Assembly: GCA_964247055.1 (NCBI GenBank)
Contig: OZ176055.1
Coordinates: forward strand, 5,642,001 to 5,706,000
Direction: 5' to 3'
Length of the DNA stretch: 64,000 nucleotides
Source: Paragordius varius
Lineage: Eukaryota > Animalia > Nematomorpha
In this document: positions 52,101 to 64,000 of the stretch, piece after piece
Position numbering within the stretch: position 1 is the stretch's first letter
How the letters are laid out: each line of letters begins with the position of its first letter
Program-made: the position numbers and the translations under genes
Notes under the pieces: generated by a model
Seen by the model: only the letters and a program-made list of their open reading frames with translations
What the model was told of the DNA's origin: nothing
The model's database searches: none

Positions 52101-53589
52101 ATACGGAGGTTGAAATAAATAAATATTTAATACTTTTTGGTGTTGGGTACCATTTCCCATGATCCTGTTGCCGTTTTGATATTGTCGTCTCCATCCTATG
52201 TAATATATAATTAATTTAATTCAAAACTGAAATTCGTAGCTATTTATAATTTTATTTTTTTACATATACCTTGTATTTCAGAACGGGTTTCAAAACCATT
52301 TTTTCATCCGTGACCAAAGGTTTATCCAACAAATTAGTAAAGGTTGCAATCAAATAAGGCGATTGAGGGCTAAGATCGGATATGCCATATATGCGTGAAA
52401 TGATAGGAACCCCAGGCTAATTAAAATGTGTTGTAGAAATTTAACACTCAGAAAAAAATTAGTAACGGTAAAAAGGGTCAATTATATACATGACATAGAT
52501 ACCTTGTAATCCGCAAGCGATTTGATAGCTTGGTAAAGGGATGCGGCATTTTTTGGATTGGTTTGATGTTTTGAAGTCAAAAGATAATTGCTTAATAAGA
52601 GGACTTGTTCCTAACATTTAAAAATAATAAATTAAGAATGACCAAAAGTTATTTAACGTAAAATTTTAACCATAAAAATTTTTGGTATTTCATAAATTGT
52701 ACTTCGTTTAAAATGTCTGGTAGTAGTTTTCCAAATTTGGCCAATGTATCGATAACTAATCCATTAAAAGCCACACCATTATTCCACTAATAATTGTAAA
52801 TATAATTTTATATAAAGTGATTGGCAAAATGTTTATCAAATTAATTTCCAAAATTTCAACTTGCAATTGTTGATTAGCTATTGAGGCTCTGCTTAGTAAT
52901 GTGGCAATGTGCGTTTTTGCAGTCTCCAACTTACGAACACTTGGATTTTCATAGGCAAAGCGCAAGTAAAAGGCTAAACTATAAACAAAATACATGAATA
53001 TATGGCAAAATATTTAAAAAAATAGAATTAATATAAAAAAGTTACTTCCTAATAGATGCATCTCGGCTAATAATTTCCACCATTTTGTCATTAATAGTTT
53101 GAGTTTCCACCGTTTTCTGAGGTCTAAATCGTTTAACGATTTCTTGTATTTGATATAATTTTTCGCACGTGGTTTGTGAATCAAATTGTGAAGCCAAATT
53201 TTCGATGTCTTTAATTTCGAACTATAAAAATTTTAAATAATTTTAAATAGACTAACCTGGCATGACGCAAAGGCCTTCTTGATTATGGAAAGAAAATACA
53301 TGTTTGATAAGGAATTCGTTTCTGGGTTGACTAAACTTCGTATTTTATCGCATGTTTCCTAAAAATAAAATATAAATATTACTTTAGGGATCGCTTCATT
53401 TAAAACATTTAGTCCGTCTATTGCATAAGCTATATCGGATAAATCTGAATCTTTTTTCTCAAGAGATTTGTGAAATGCTGCGGATATACTTTTGACATCA
53501 GATTCAGTAAAAGGTTGATTTAAAGAAGTTGATAATGAAATTAAGACATTGCAAAGAACTATGAAAGAAAACCACGTTTTATGAAACAT
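49122..53589 (-). CDS. RPN2: Ribophorin II (oligosaccharyltransferase subunit 2), multi-exon. ATG at 53589; last exon either 49167-49122 or 49392-49389
   Basis: Signal peptide [22 protein letters not shown]; [19 protein letters not shown]; [19 protein letters not shown]; C-terminal TM segments ending [17 protein letters not shown]. Phases checked for the first five and last four to five exons; middle exons not fully resolved. Confidence 0.93.
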
Positions 53590-56500
53590 TTTCAGTTCAA
53601 AAAATGTGTATGTATGGGTGACGTGTTGCAATGGGCTGTGAAAAGGTAATCAGGGATATTTATTCGAAAAATAAAGTTATTGATTAAATTTACTTGACAA
53701 AGAAAATGTTTTTTTATAAATTAAATATTCTTGATGCTTTATTAGAAGGCCTTTATCTAGTAATTCAAATTTTATTGTCATATATATATATATATATATA
53801 TATATTCTTATCTGTGCCTACGGCCAAAATTCGGAACCAATAAATTATAATTATTATTTTAATTGGATTCCCACATTACTATTAGATTCAAATGTTATTT
53901 GGAGTTTTTAAGAAATTAAATGATAGAATAATTGAAAAGCACTAATATAAATTCAATATAATAAGAAAACATTTGAAAATAAAGAAAATCCCAAAGCCCT
54001 AAATTTATGATAAAATATTTAAAGCTATGAATAAATATAAATATCAAAATTTTTCTGTTATATAATTACTTCATGACCTTCATTATCCTAAAGCAATTCG
54101 AAATTTGGTTTATTAAAAAGTATAAAAGATATTAGGCTGATTCAAATAAATATGATTTATTTAGGGTGGGGTACAAAAAAGTCGCACTTGACTTGTAAGT
54201 CAACCGTAGCAATTTGAGCAAGTTTACTTAAGCCAGCAAATTTATACTTGAAAATGGGTGTTAAAAAACACTTAAGTTAAGGCTTTTGTTTATGAATGTA
54301 ACATTTTGTTGCCGCCCAATTTGAATTTGACGGATATTATTTTTTGAATTATCAGCCAAAAATATGAAATAAGGCACAAAAAGATGAACAATCAATACAA
54401 TATGCATTTATTAAAGTTTTTCAAACTCAGTGGCACGTATCCTTTTTAATATTTGAGATTTCTCTAAGTATTGAGCCCAATATTTGTAAAATGATTAAAC
54501 CATTCGCCCTTATAACACTCTCATTATTTTACCACACTACTCATTCTGTTAGGACTCCATTTGCAATTATAATGGGAAGATGTTACACAATATAACATAT
54601 TATAATTCTTAATTGATTATCAACATTGCATTTGAAATAAATTTATGATTAAATAAATTTTTTACATGTTTTTATAGTGAAGTAGCCTTTGGCGTTTATT
54701 ACACTGTGCAAAAAAATTTGGGGTCAATTTTCTGGACCTTACATTTTTAATATTTTTTAGTTCCTTATAGTGTTGTGATCAGACCTGTATAAAAAAATTT
54801 TACTTATCGAGTTCGTTTTCGAGATATGGGACTTTTTCCAAATTTGGATATTTCAAAAATTTCGTTTGTAAATATTTTTCTTTAGGTAAACAAATATGTG
54901 GCTTATAAAAATATTTTTATAAAAGATTACAAATTTATCTTCAAAATAAAAAAAAATTAACTCAAAATATCCAATACTTTTTATTGTAAGGGGAGAAACC
55001 GTCTAAAAATGGATAAGTTAACATTTTTTGACACATACATTTTTTATGATCATATTAAATAAAAACAAACTCATTTGATGTTTTTGGATGTTAATAATGA
55101 TTGTTTAAATATTTTTGTAAAACGGAGATTTGAAAATTTTAAAAACAAAATAAATAATTAATTATTTATTGAGATATTTTCGTGAATTTAATTTTTTGCG
55201 AGTTCACGGAATAAATAAATTTAGCATTTTATTGTATACATTGTTCTAAACATTAGCAGAGTTTTTCTAAAAATTTATCGACCCAATTTGAATAAGAAAT
55301 TAGCCAAAAATTATTAAAAGAGTTTATAGCATTAACAAAGGGTTTAAATCCTCATAAAAGCTAAATCATATATATAAATAGTATTCAAAATAATTTTATC
55401 CATATTTTTAAATCTGTAAGTGTGCCCTACACCGCACTTGCCAAATCTTCAAGTTTTATTTGATGATCTGATTTTTCATCACTTCTGAATCAAGTTTTCT
55501 TGCCTAACTTTTTCACATGAAAGCAAACTATGAAAACTTGCAAGTCAAAAAAATTCAGCTACAAAATATTTTTTAAAATATAAAAATCTTGAAATAATCC
55601 TCATATCAAATTTTTCGCCACCCTTTTTTTCTTTTACCTTTCACTTTTTGTTCTAGTGACATATTTAGTTAGTTTTATAGCCCAGTGCTCAATTTTATTA
55701 ATAAAATAATGTTTTAAAAGTTATTTTACTAAAAAATTAATTTATCTAACATTGTTCTCATGTATTGGATAAAGCTTATATTTTTACAGTTTTAAACTTC
55801 TAGATAAAATTACGACAGCCTCAAAACACGATTGAAACGAATACTGATATTTAAAATAAAATATATTAAATTAATGCTGGTAAAATGCAGCCTGAAATCC
55901 TTTTAAAGTTTTATATTTTCTAATTATATACATTTATTTGCCTCATTAGCTATTGAATTTATAGATAAAAATGTAAAAGGGTTGAGGTGAGGATTTTTTT
56001 TACAATTGTATAAAAAAAATTGTGTAATGCGCTTAATGGCTAAAGAAAGCATATTAAATTTGGCTAAATACCCTAAAAAATTTTTAAGATATTAAATTTC
56101 ATATCTCTCTCGGATGTAAAATTGCTTCAAAGAGTCATGGAGTTTTAATCGCTAATACAATAGGCTAAATCTCTATAATTGTTATAAATGTATATATTAA
56201 CTCTAATAAGCTTTGAGGTTCCATTTTTCATGCAAAAATTTGCTTTTTTTATTTACTTGTTTAGTTCAATCATGTTTTGGACTTATCCCATTTTTAGGCT
56301 TTAGTCGACAAATATAAAAATATAAGTTTTTTTATCTTCAGGTCAATAATGTTTGATAAAAGTTTTAACTAAAATAACTTTCGAAGCAGTAATTTATTTA
56401 CAAGATTGATCTCTATAGAAAACTACCCCAATATGTCACCGCAATTTATTTTTTATAATTAAAGTTACACGGCCTTGTTAAAATTGACTTTGATATCATA

Positions 56501-56898
56501 TACATCCGTTTAAAAAATTTAAACTATCTATTCTCTTTTAACCGACTGTTATTTTCAATTTTTGTTCTAGTGATAAAAATCTAGATAAATAATATTACAA
56601 TTTAAAAATAATAAAAATATTTTGAATTGATTTTGACAGCAATTTTTAATAACATAATTTCAAAACTAACTGTTTGTTTAGCACTTCATGACCTTTTAGA
56701 GTTATACCAGAAAGTCTTTTAAAATTCAAATATCTTATATAATATTTTTAGCTTTGAGCCAATTTTAAAATATGCTTTCGTAGCCTTGCAGAAAATCCCT
56801 ATACGGACAAATATAATATAACTAATAAAAATTAACCGTAGATTGGTTTTTTATTTATAGCACTTTTTTTTAACTTTTAACTTTTACATTTTTTTATA

Positions 56899-57440
56899 TT
56901 TACACTCCGATTTAGATTGAGGCTAAATACCCCAGACTAAGTTGATATTTATAAAAAACTACTAAAAGAAACGGTGCCAATTGAATTTTATGATACTATC
57001 TTAATAAAAATTATATACATAAGCCGAAATATCTAAATAAAAATTAGTTAAAAAAGATCCATATCGGTGCCATTTTTATATTACAATATTTTTGCATAAT
57101 ATAGTGTTAATTTAATTCTAAAGCTAAAATTAAAGCTATTTTTTTATTAAAATTAAATCTAACATTGATAGAAACAAAAGTGGTTTATTTTTTATTATTA
57201 AATTTAGATAATGCACATATGTCATGTTGACTATTTTTTTACCTTTGAGTTTTACCTTAAAATCAGTAATATCAACTATTTTTAAACGAATTTTTATTTT
57301 ATTTTGGTCCTTTAATGTTATATAAGTGCAAAATTTTGCCATGATTTCGATTACTTCCAGATTTTATAAAGTATTTTAGGCCTGGGGTATCCACCCAATT
57401 TGAATCGAAAGACTGAAATGATTATGTATCCAAATATTAA
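56899..57440 (-). mobile_element. MITE family A, diverged full-length copy
   Basis: Collinear with 37478-38066; ends GTATCCAAATA-TTAA. Confidence 0.82.
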
Positions 57441-58078
57441 ATTAAGCGTCATACTATTTTTATCCTATTTTTATTATGTTTAAATAACACATTATTCGCA
57501 TGGTTATTTTTATAAGCGGTCACAGTACAGCTGTATCGAAAATATCAGTTGATGCCCTATATATAATCAATCTTAATTTATCCTTTAGCTTAAATTCTTC
57601 TAAATTAAATTAGTAAACCTATATTCCAAACATATTTTTGCTCCACATTTCTTTAAATGCAAAATGGCCCTGATATTCTACATATAGTGATATTTTTTTC
57701 ATATTGGCCGAATTTAATGAAACAGACACACTGTAGCTTTTGTCACACTTCTGTAGTCATTTCGCATATGATCTAAAATAAAATCGATATGATGGATTCT
57801 GTTTTTTCACAGAGATGTGAATTTAGATTGCCCAACCTTATATCAAATTTACCATATATTTAAAAACAGTCTTTGTTTTTAAGCCCATAAAATTTGTGTT
57901 TCATAAACAAATTATTTAAACGACGTTGTACTACACATAAGATTTGTTTTAATAATATTGGCGGCATTCACTTTAAATAAAATTACAATATTGATCCCTT
58001 CGGGCTCTAATGAAATTACCATATTGGCATTATATTGATTAATAAAAAAACATAAAAATAATTGTGTATTTCATTTCT

Positions 58079-59513
58079 ATGGGTATCCTTAAATTTTTTT
58101 GGGTATTATTCTATTATAGTCTGATTCACCCTACATTTAGCCAAGATTTCTTGCAAAGAGGTAAACTATATAATATATAATATGTATGATTGGAAAAAAT
58201 GATTTAATATTTGAAAATTGAGTTTTAAACTTTAGGGTAGTTTGGGTTTGATATTTTTGGATGAATACGAGCTTTCATCCAAAAAATATTAAAAACATAA
58301 AATCTTACCTATATTTTTAACTTATCTTTATTTAGTAGTTCTATAACAAATTTTGATATTTTTAGCTGTAATAAAAACAGAAAACATTAGAGTTGGAACA
58401 ATTGGTGTTTGCATATTTTTTTCGGTAACATAATTTACTCAATCTGAAAGATGTTGCTAAAAAATTTAACACCCATATAAATGTATGTTTAAAAGGTTTA
58501 AAAATTTTTGCCCTCTTTAACTATTAGTGTTATTGTTAACATGCCCAAAACTGAAGTGTGACAAAGAATGTGCTTTGGGTTACATGAAAAACTGGCGTGG
58601 TTGCAAAACATGTCAATGTAAAGTTGACACGGAAGCTACAAATTGTAAGCCAAACTCAACTTCAATTAAACATGAATCATTATTTTTTTTGGCGAATTTA
58701 AGCCCTGTATAATATAATTTTGTTAATATGATCGGCAGATAATCAAAACTCACCGGCAAACACCCAATTTTATCAAGACAGAGCCTTAGTTTACAAAGAT
58801 GGAGAGGGGCGCCAGATAATCGAACAAAACGAGAAGACTTCGGATACTAATTTTCCACAACGGCAAATATATTTATATTAAATTGCAATAATAATTAATT
58901 TACATTTTTGGATTTAAAGTTGACTGGAAAGAAATCATATATATATTATTGAAAATATCGGTCGTAATTAATTTTTTTATGTGATGCAGCTGTTTTCTTA
59001 ATACACTTTTGCAAAAGTATCTAAAAAGTAAATTCTAAATATTTTTTTAATTCTAGAAGGATATCGCAAAAAACCACACTGACTCGATTCAATGAAGAGT
59101 ATGGTACGGGTTTTAAACCAGTGGTGATAAATAAGCAAAGAAAATTGGGAAACCGTCAAGGGTCATTAAGCGCTAGTTATGATAATTTGGATGATGAAGA
59201 TGATAATAGGCCACAAAATAAAAATAGACAAGACATTGATGGTAAGTAACGTTAATCTTATTTATGAATTTACTCGGTTCTAAATTACTTTGTAATCAAA
59301 ATTTGATTTTTGCAACGTGTAGATGATGTGGTAGATAAAAGAAAAAAATCTGATGGCGAAATTCCAAGAACTAATGGAAACGCACAAAACGATGGCGATG
59401 AAGGAAAAAATGATAATGATCGGGAAGAACCCAGTAATTCAGGAAGGCTGGCTCAAATCCGACCAGGAGTAATTTATGTCGATTTGACTAGAGGACGATC
59501 TAGCCATTATTAA
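58079..59513 (+). CDS. Secreted protein with one antistasin-like Cys domain and a charged, low-complexity tail; join(58079-58160, 58528-58644, 58739-58862, 59057-59241, 59323-59513), 232 aa
   Basis: Signal-like MGILKFFWVLFYYSLIHPTFS; CPKLKCDKECALGYMKNWRGCKTCQC matches the C-x4-C-x3-C-x10-C-x2-C-x-C antistasin spacing. Phases join only if the 58863 donor is GC. Confidence 0.75.
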
Positions 59514-60234
59514 TGTGATAAACCATATAATCTGTCTAAATTATAAGAATTATCTAATAATAAATATCTTTTTAACCAATGAAATGTATCTCTAAAAAAT
59601 AGCCTTAAAAAATAAAATGAAAAGATATTGTTAAATATATTCAAATATGAAGTTGACATATGTTAAAAATATTGAAATCCGTGTTTATGTAATGAATATG
59701 TTAGTGAATCATAAAATCAAAAAATGGCTGTCCAAAATGAAAATTAAAATGTCTTAACAGCTGGTTATCAGTTTTTTATCATAACTTTTAAAAATGAGTA
59801 GATTAGCAAAAAATATCATCTATTTACATAATATTAATAGGTGCGCAAAGTAATTAAACCAAATTGTTCCGATATATAATTTTATCTAAAAAGTTACGGG
59901 TTTTTATAAGTTTTAACATTTTAATACGGGAAAGTTTATGGTAAAAATATGCAATTTAGTTAAGTAATGACATAACATCATCCAGAAATAAATTTCGAAT
60001 ATATTTATTTTTAAAATAAAAATTTTAGTTTATATAGATATAGGGGTGTTTTAAAACTGGTTTTATATTTTATATGGCACGCGAAATTTTTATAAATAAA
60101 AAAGGAATGTGTAAAAGTTTCTAGAAAACGTGGAATCTAAACTATAATAACTTTATTCATTTGTAAATCCACCGCGAGCCACATGCCCCTATGTTCAGAC
60201 AGTCCCAACCTTACCCTTAAAAATAGAGGTTTTA

Positions 60235-62243
60235 TTAACACTTGGATACAACACATTCATTTCAATCCATCAATTTAAATTGAGGTCGTTAGCGAACCCA
60301 GGCCTGTTAAAATCAAAGATTTCAAAAATATGGAATAAATTAAAACCATTGCAAAAGTTTGTACTTAAATTACTTGATGCAACGAAATACAAAAAAGGTT
60401 TATTTAGAAAAGCTTGATATTATTTATTTATGGATAAATCTGAAGGTAAAAGTTTGTGAAATAACTATAAAAAATAAACCATTCTGTTTATCTCATTGTG
60501 ATTTCAAAAAGTAACTTAAAATTTAGTGTATTACTAGCGTAAATCTAGTGCTGCTACTCAGCCCAAGGAAGTCCTTCGGACTTCTGGGGAGCTATTTGAA
60601 AAAAGGGACACAATAAAATAATCCATATATGTGGATCATTTCAAAACATTATTTATTAGCTATAATCTCATAGGATTTTCTAAACGGCGCATTCATATTA
60701 ATATATTGTTTACTAATGTAAAGGCTCCAAATTGACAGCTAACGGAAAAAACCGCTATACTATAATTTTTACCTTTTTATGGGTATATTTAAAGCCTTTA
60801 TTGAACTCGTATGGCTTGTTTTTTGAAAATTAGCTCCAAAGCCACGCCATTTTTGTATGGCGTCTCAGTTTTAAACTGGTAGACCCCTACCCATAGGCCT
60901 ATATGAAAAAAAGCGCTAAGTTAAATTTTTTGCCTTTATAGGAAAATATTCGGATATCATCTTTGAGACCATCGGCTCATGGGTTTTTCGAAAAAATACC
61001 TCAACACTAAATAATCGTTATATGATGGCGTATTTTCAGGGCATAAAGGCCCCAAATTAACGGCTAATAAAAAAAGCCTAACCTTAATTTTTACCTAGTT
61101 ATGGGTAATATTTCGAATTTTAAATAGGCTCATATGGCATAAGTTTCAAATTATTTCCAAAACAACGCAATTTCTATATAGTGGCACAGTTTTTGGCGGG
61201 CAGCCTTTTACCCAGAGGCAGGTAGAAAGCGTCGGGCAAAATTTTTGTCTAATAGGGGGAATCTGGAATTATAATGTCCATATGCTCCTATAAGTTCTTG
61301 GAAATATGGCTTCAAAGCAAAAAATGGCGTCGATTTCAGGGCGTAAAACTTTTCTTAGCGACTCATTGAAATAACCCCCTATACTAGAATATTTGTTTTT
61401 TAAGGGCTAATAAAAATTTTAAGCCCATATTTAACTCACATAGTCTCATAAGTTTTGGCTCAAAGGCATGCTGTACCGATATAGTTACGCATTTTTACGC
61501 GGGAGCCCCCTGCCCAGAGCCAATTTAACCGCTAATTTGAAAAATCCGCGAGACTTTAATTTTTGCCTTTTAACAAGAAATACCTGGAATCCTTATTGTA
61601 TTTTTACGGTCTCATACCTTGGGCGAAAAATAGACTCAAAAAATTATTTTTGTGGACTTGATTTTTTTAAAAAATGGCATTTTATAGGGGAAGCGGGTAA
61701 AAAGAGGGCCTAAATTAAAAAAGCGAGCCGACTATGTTCGGCGCAATCAAAATAAGTAAAAAGCATATTTGAAATTGAATGGTCCAACACGTTCTCCGGA
61801 AAATTGTCTCAAAGATACGATTGTGGACTTATGTTTTCAAAAAAAAACGTTTTTTACACGTGATGGGCCCGAACTGGGGGCCTAATTCAAAAAAAGGGCG
61901 AAGCTATTGTCGGGGCATTCATTAATGATTATTTTTTCGACATTTGGAGAATGGGTCTACCGGTTTTCCGGAAACAGATCACAAAGCCAGCATTTTCCAT
62001 TTTTATAAATATATAGATTAAAGACGAAATTTTGTGAAAATGTTGCAAAACAAAAATGGAAGTGGTTTTCTATGAAACTTTTTTTCAAAACTAAATTTTA
62101 TTTAGAGATTGTGGTTTAATTTATATTATTATTAGAATAGAAGCATAAATTTAAATTAAAACCGCCATTTTCAGTAGTTTTTTAATAATAACATTTTTTT
62201 GGTCTGGGTTCACTAGTTACCCCCAATTTAATATTCCAGGTTG
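60235..62243 (+). mobile_element. MITE family A copy split by Helitron copy 2
   Basis: TTAACACTTGGATACAAC at 60235; the consensus resumes at 62018 after the Helitron. Confidence 0.8.
60534..62017 (-). mobile_element. Non-autonomous Helitron, copy 2
   Basis: On the minus strand A|TCTATATAT (62017) ... GAAGTCCGAAGGACTTC hairpin ... CTAG|T (60534); inserted between A and T with no TSD. Confidence 0.9.
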
Positions 62244-62690
62244 ACGCTCTCTGGGTAATTTTCCGGCATATATGGGTGAGTCCAAGGTTAGATCTTTAAA
62301 ATGAATATTGTTTCATCCATGAATGGCAAAGCCCTTGTGTTTGAATTGATTAGTAAATTTTTGAAAAACATATAAGACCAACTCAGATATATCAGTATTA
62401 ACCCGAATAATGTCAAGCATGGACTTTAAAATCAGAGCGTCATTGAAAAATTTTTTGAAATTTTTTAGGTACATCTATAAATAATAACTATCTACATTTT
62501 CCTATATGAATGCACTAACCATGCGTGTGTCACTATTCTAAAAACTTATTTCAAAAATAATCGTTTCGACTAAGTTGCAACGACGAGTAACAGGTAGATA
62601 CTCATTTAAAAAATGTCAATGGCAACGATCAGAATTAAAAATAACAAAACCAAAAAAAAACAAAATAATTTCCCAGAATATTGTTTATCC

Positions 62691-62872
62691 CAGGAGTGTC
62701 CAACACAAATTTCTACCCGTGCTGCTTTGATATTTTTTTTATTAATTTTAAGCTGATTTTGGATGATATAGTTTCTGGATAATATAATTTTGATTGAGTC
62801 CACAATTTTTTATGTTTAAACAATTTTTTAGAGCACCTTTGCACACCAAACAAAGCGTGTTGGACGTCCATG
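62691..62872. mobile_element. hAT (Buster/Charlie-type) MITE, 182 bp
   Basis: TIR CAGGAGTGTCCAACAC / GTGTTGGACGTCCATG; perfect TSD GTTTATCC (62683-90, 62873-80). Confidence 0.85.
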
Positions 62873-63480
62873 GTTTATCCTATCTACCAAAAACTCAATT
62901 TATAATGTGGCTCAAATTATTGTAAAAAAAATCAATGGAATAAACTAGTAATTTATTAAATTGGTAAAATTAATAATCCCAAATAAAATAAATTTTATCT
63001 AGATGTCGTTAAATACATTGCAAATCAACCGATTAATATAATTATATATTTGGCAAAGAATGTGTATATATATAGTACCGGAGACGTAAAAAGTGGACAA
63101 ATCATAATATTTTTGAATTGGAATGGATCATTGATATATAATGAGCTCATTGGTTTTAATAATAATTATAAAATTAATTAATTTCTTTTAGTAGCTTTTT
63201 TGTATATGTATGTGTGTGTGTGTGGATAAATGGTAAGCTTATAATATATTTCAAACAATGACATAATTAAGGTTAGTAATTCTTTGTCTGTATTAGGGTG
63301 TATATAATCTAAACATATTAAGATGGAAAAAATTGTGAAAAACAAGAATATAGGTAACTGGCTAAATTGAATACCCAAACGAATTTGGTAAAAAATAAAT
63401 TTAAAAAAGGCTACAAATTAATGTTTATATAGTTATACAATTAAAAAAATTGTGTTGATTAGTGAATGACACTAAACATT

Positions 63481-64000
63481 CTATTTTGTGGTGGTGTTAG
63501 TTAGCAGGCTACCAGAGTCGGCGGTGTGTTCACCAGCTATAAGGCCGGATTCAGGAATGGTTGCCGGAGTACCAGGAACAGCCCCAATTTTGCCCTGAAA
63601 TATGGAAAATAAAGTTAAAATTCAAATAGAAAAGGTCAAACTTAAAACAGTTAATCAGCATAAATTAAATTTTGATGTAGTTGATATCCCTGAGTATCAA
63701 AATTTAAAATCTTTTTAAAGGCGCATTCTAAAACCTTTTACCAAGTGTAGATATAAGTTTTTCCCGATTTCACTGGTAAAAAACATGTAACTTTAAAAGG
63801 AAAATAATTATTTATTTTATACAAAATTTCTACATCGGTTTCTACATTTCGCCCATCTCTCATGTAAAATATTAATGCCGTAAAAAATTGATTGACTTTT
63901 ACAGGAAACCATTAGTCAAGCTATCTAACCTCTTCAAAATCATGAATGGCTGCTCTGCAAGGATGTGCCCCATTAATGCAAAGTTGTAGCAAGACAGCAC
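63481..64000 (-). CDS. 3' end of an unidentified gene entering from beyond the window; exons >64000-63903, 63858-63823, 63772-63742, 63594-63481 (TAG)
   Basis: Phases 2-2-0 join into ...GHILAEQPFMILKRLDSLTNGFLDGRNVETDVEIFEIGKNLYLHLGKIGAVPGTPATIPESG...TTK*. Confidence 0.65.

Noticed and set aside
54700-55450. TACACTGTGCAAAAAAA end resembling the foldback TIR
   Set aside because: No second arm or terminus identified.
58366-59513. Stop-codon (TAA) reassignment, prompted by in-frame TAAs in exon-like segments and by TAG/TGA stops on the housekeeping genes
   Set aside because: None of the conserved RPLP1, MRPL13 or RPN2 exons I translated contains an in-frame TAA, which would be common in such AT-rich DNA if it were a sense codon.

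Overview
Very AT-rich, intron-dense eukaryotic (metazoan-like) genomic DNA; the species cannot be determined from the sequence. About 7.6-34.2 kb (+) holds the main discovery: a run of ~75 candidate GT-AG exons that are almost all symmetric (length a multiple of 3, phase 1-1). The run starts with a signal-peptide exon, contains five ~130-150 aa tandem repeat units and an acidic linker, and ends in a cluster of 21-nt (7-aa) micro-exons that spell amphipathic helices. This is a micro-exon-gene (MEG)-like architecture that the ORF track almost completely misses; whether it is one gene or two is unresolved. The right half holds housekeeping genes MRPL13 (+), RPLP1 (-) and RPN2 (-), a secreted antistasin-domain gene (+) and the 3' end of an unidentified gene (-). 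Some introns are only 24-36 nt. Intergenic and intronic space is filled with DNA transposons, often nested: two decayed Blackjack-type hATs, about 9 copies of a TTAA-flanked piggyBac-like MITE, two non-autonomous Helitrons, a 1.24-kb foldback, TA-flanked MITEs and Buster-type hAT MITEs. All exon models were read by eye and need RNA evidence.
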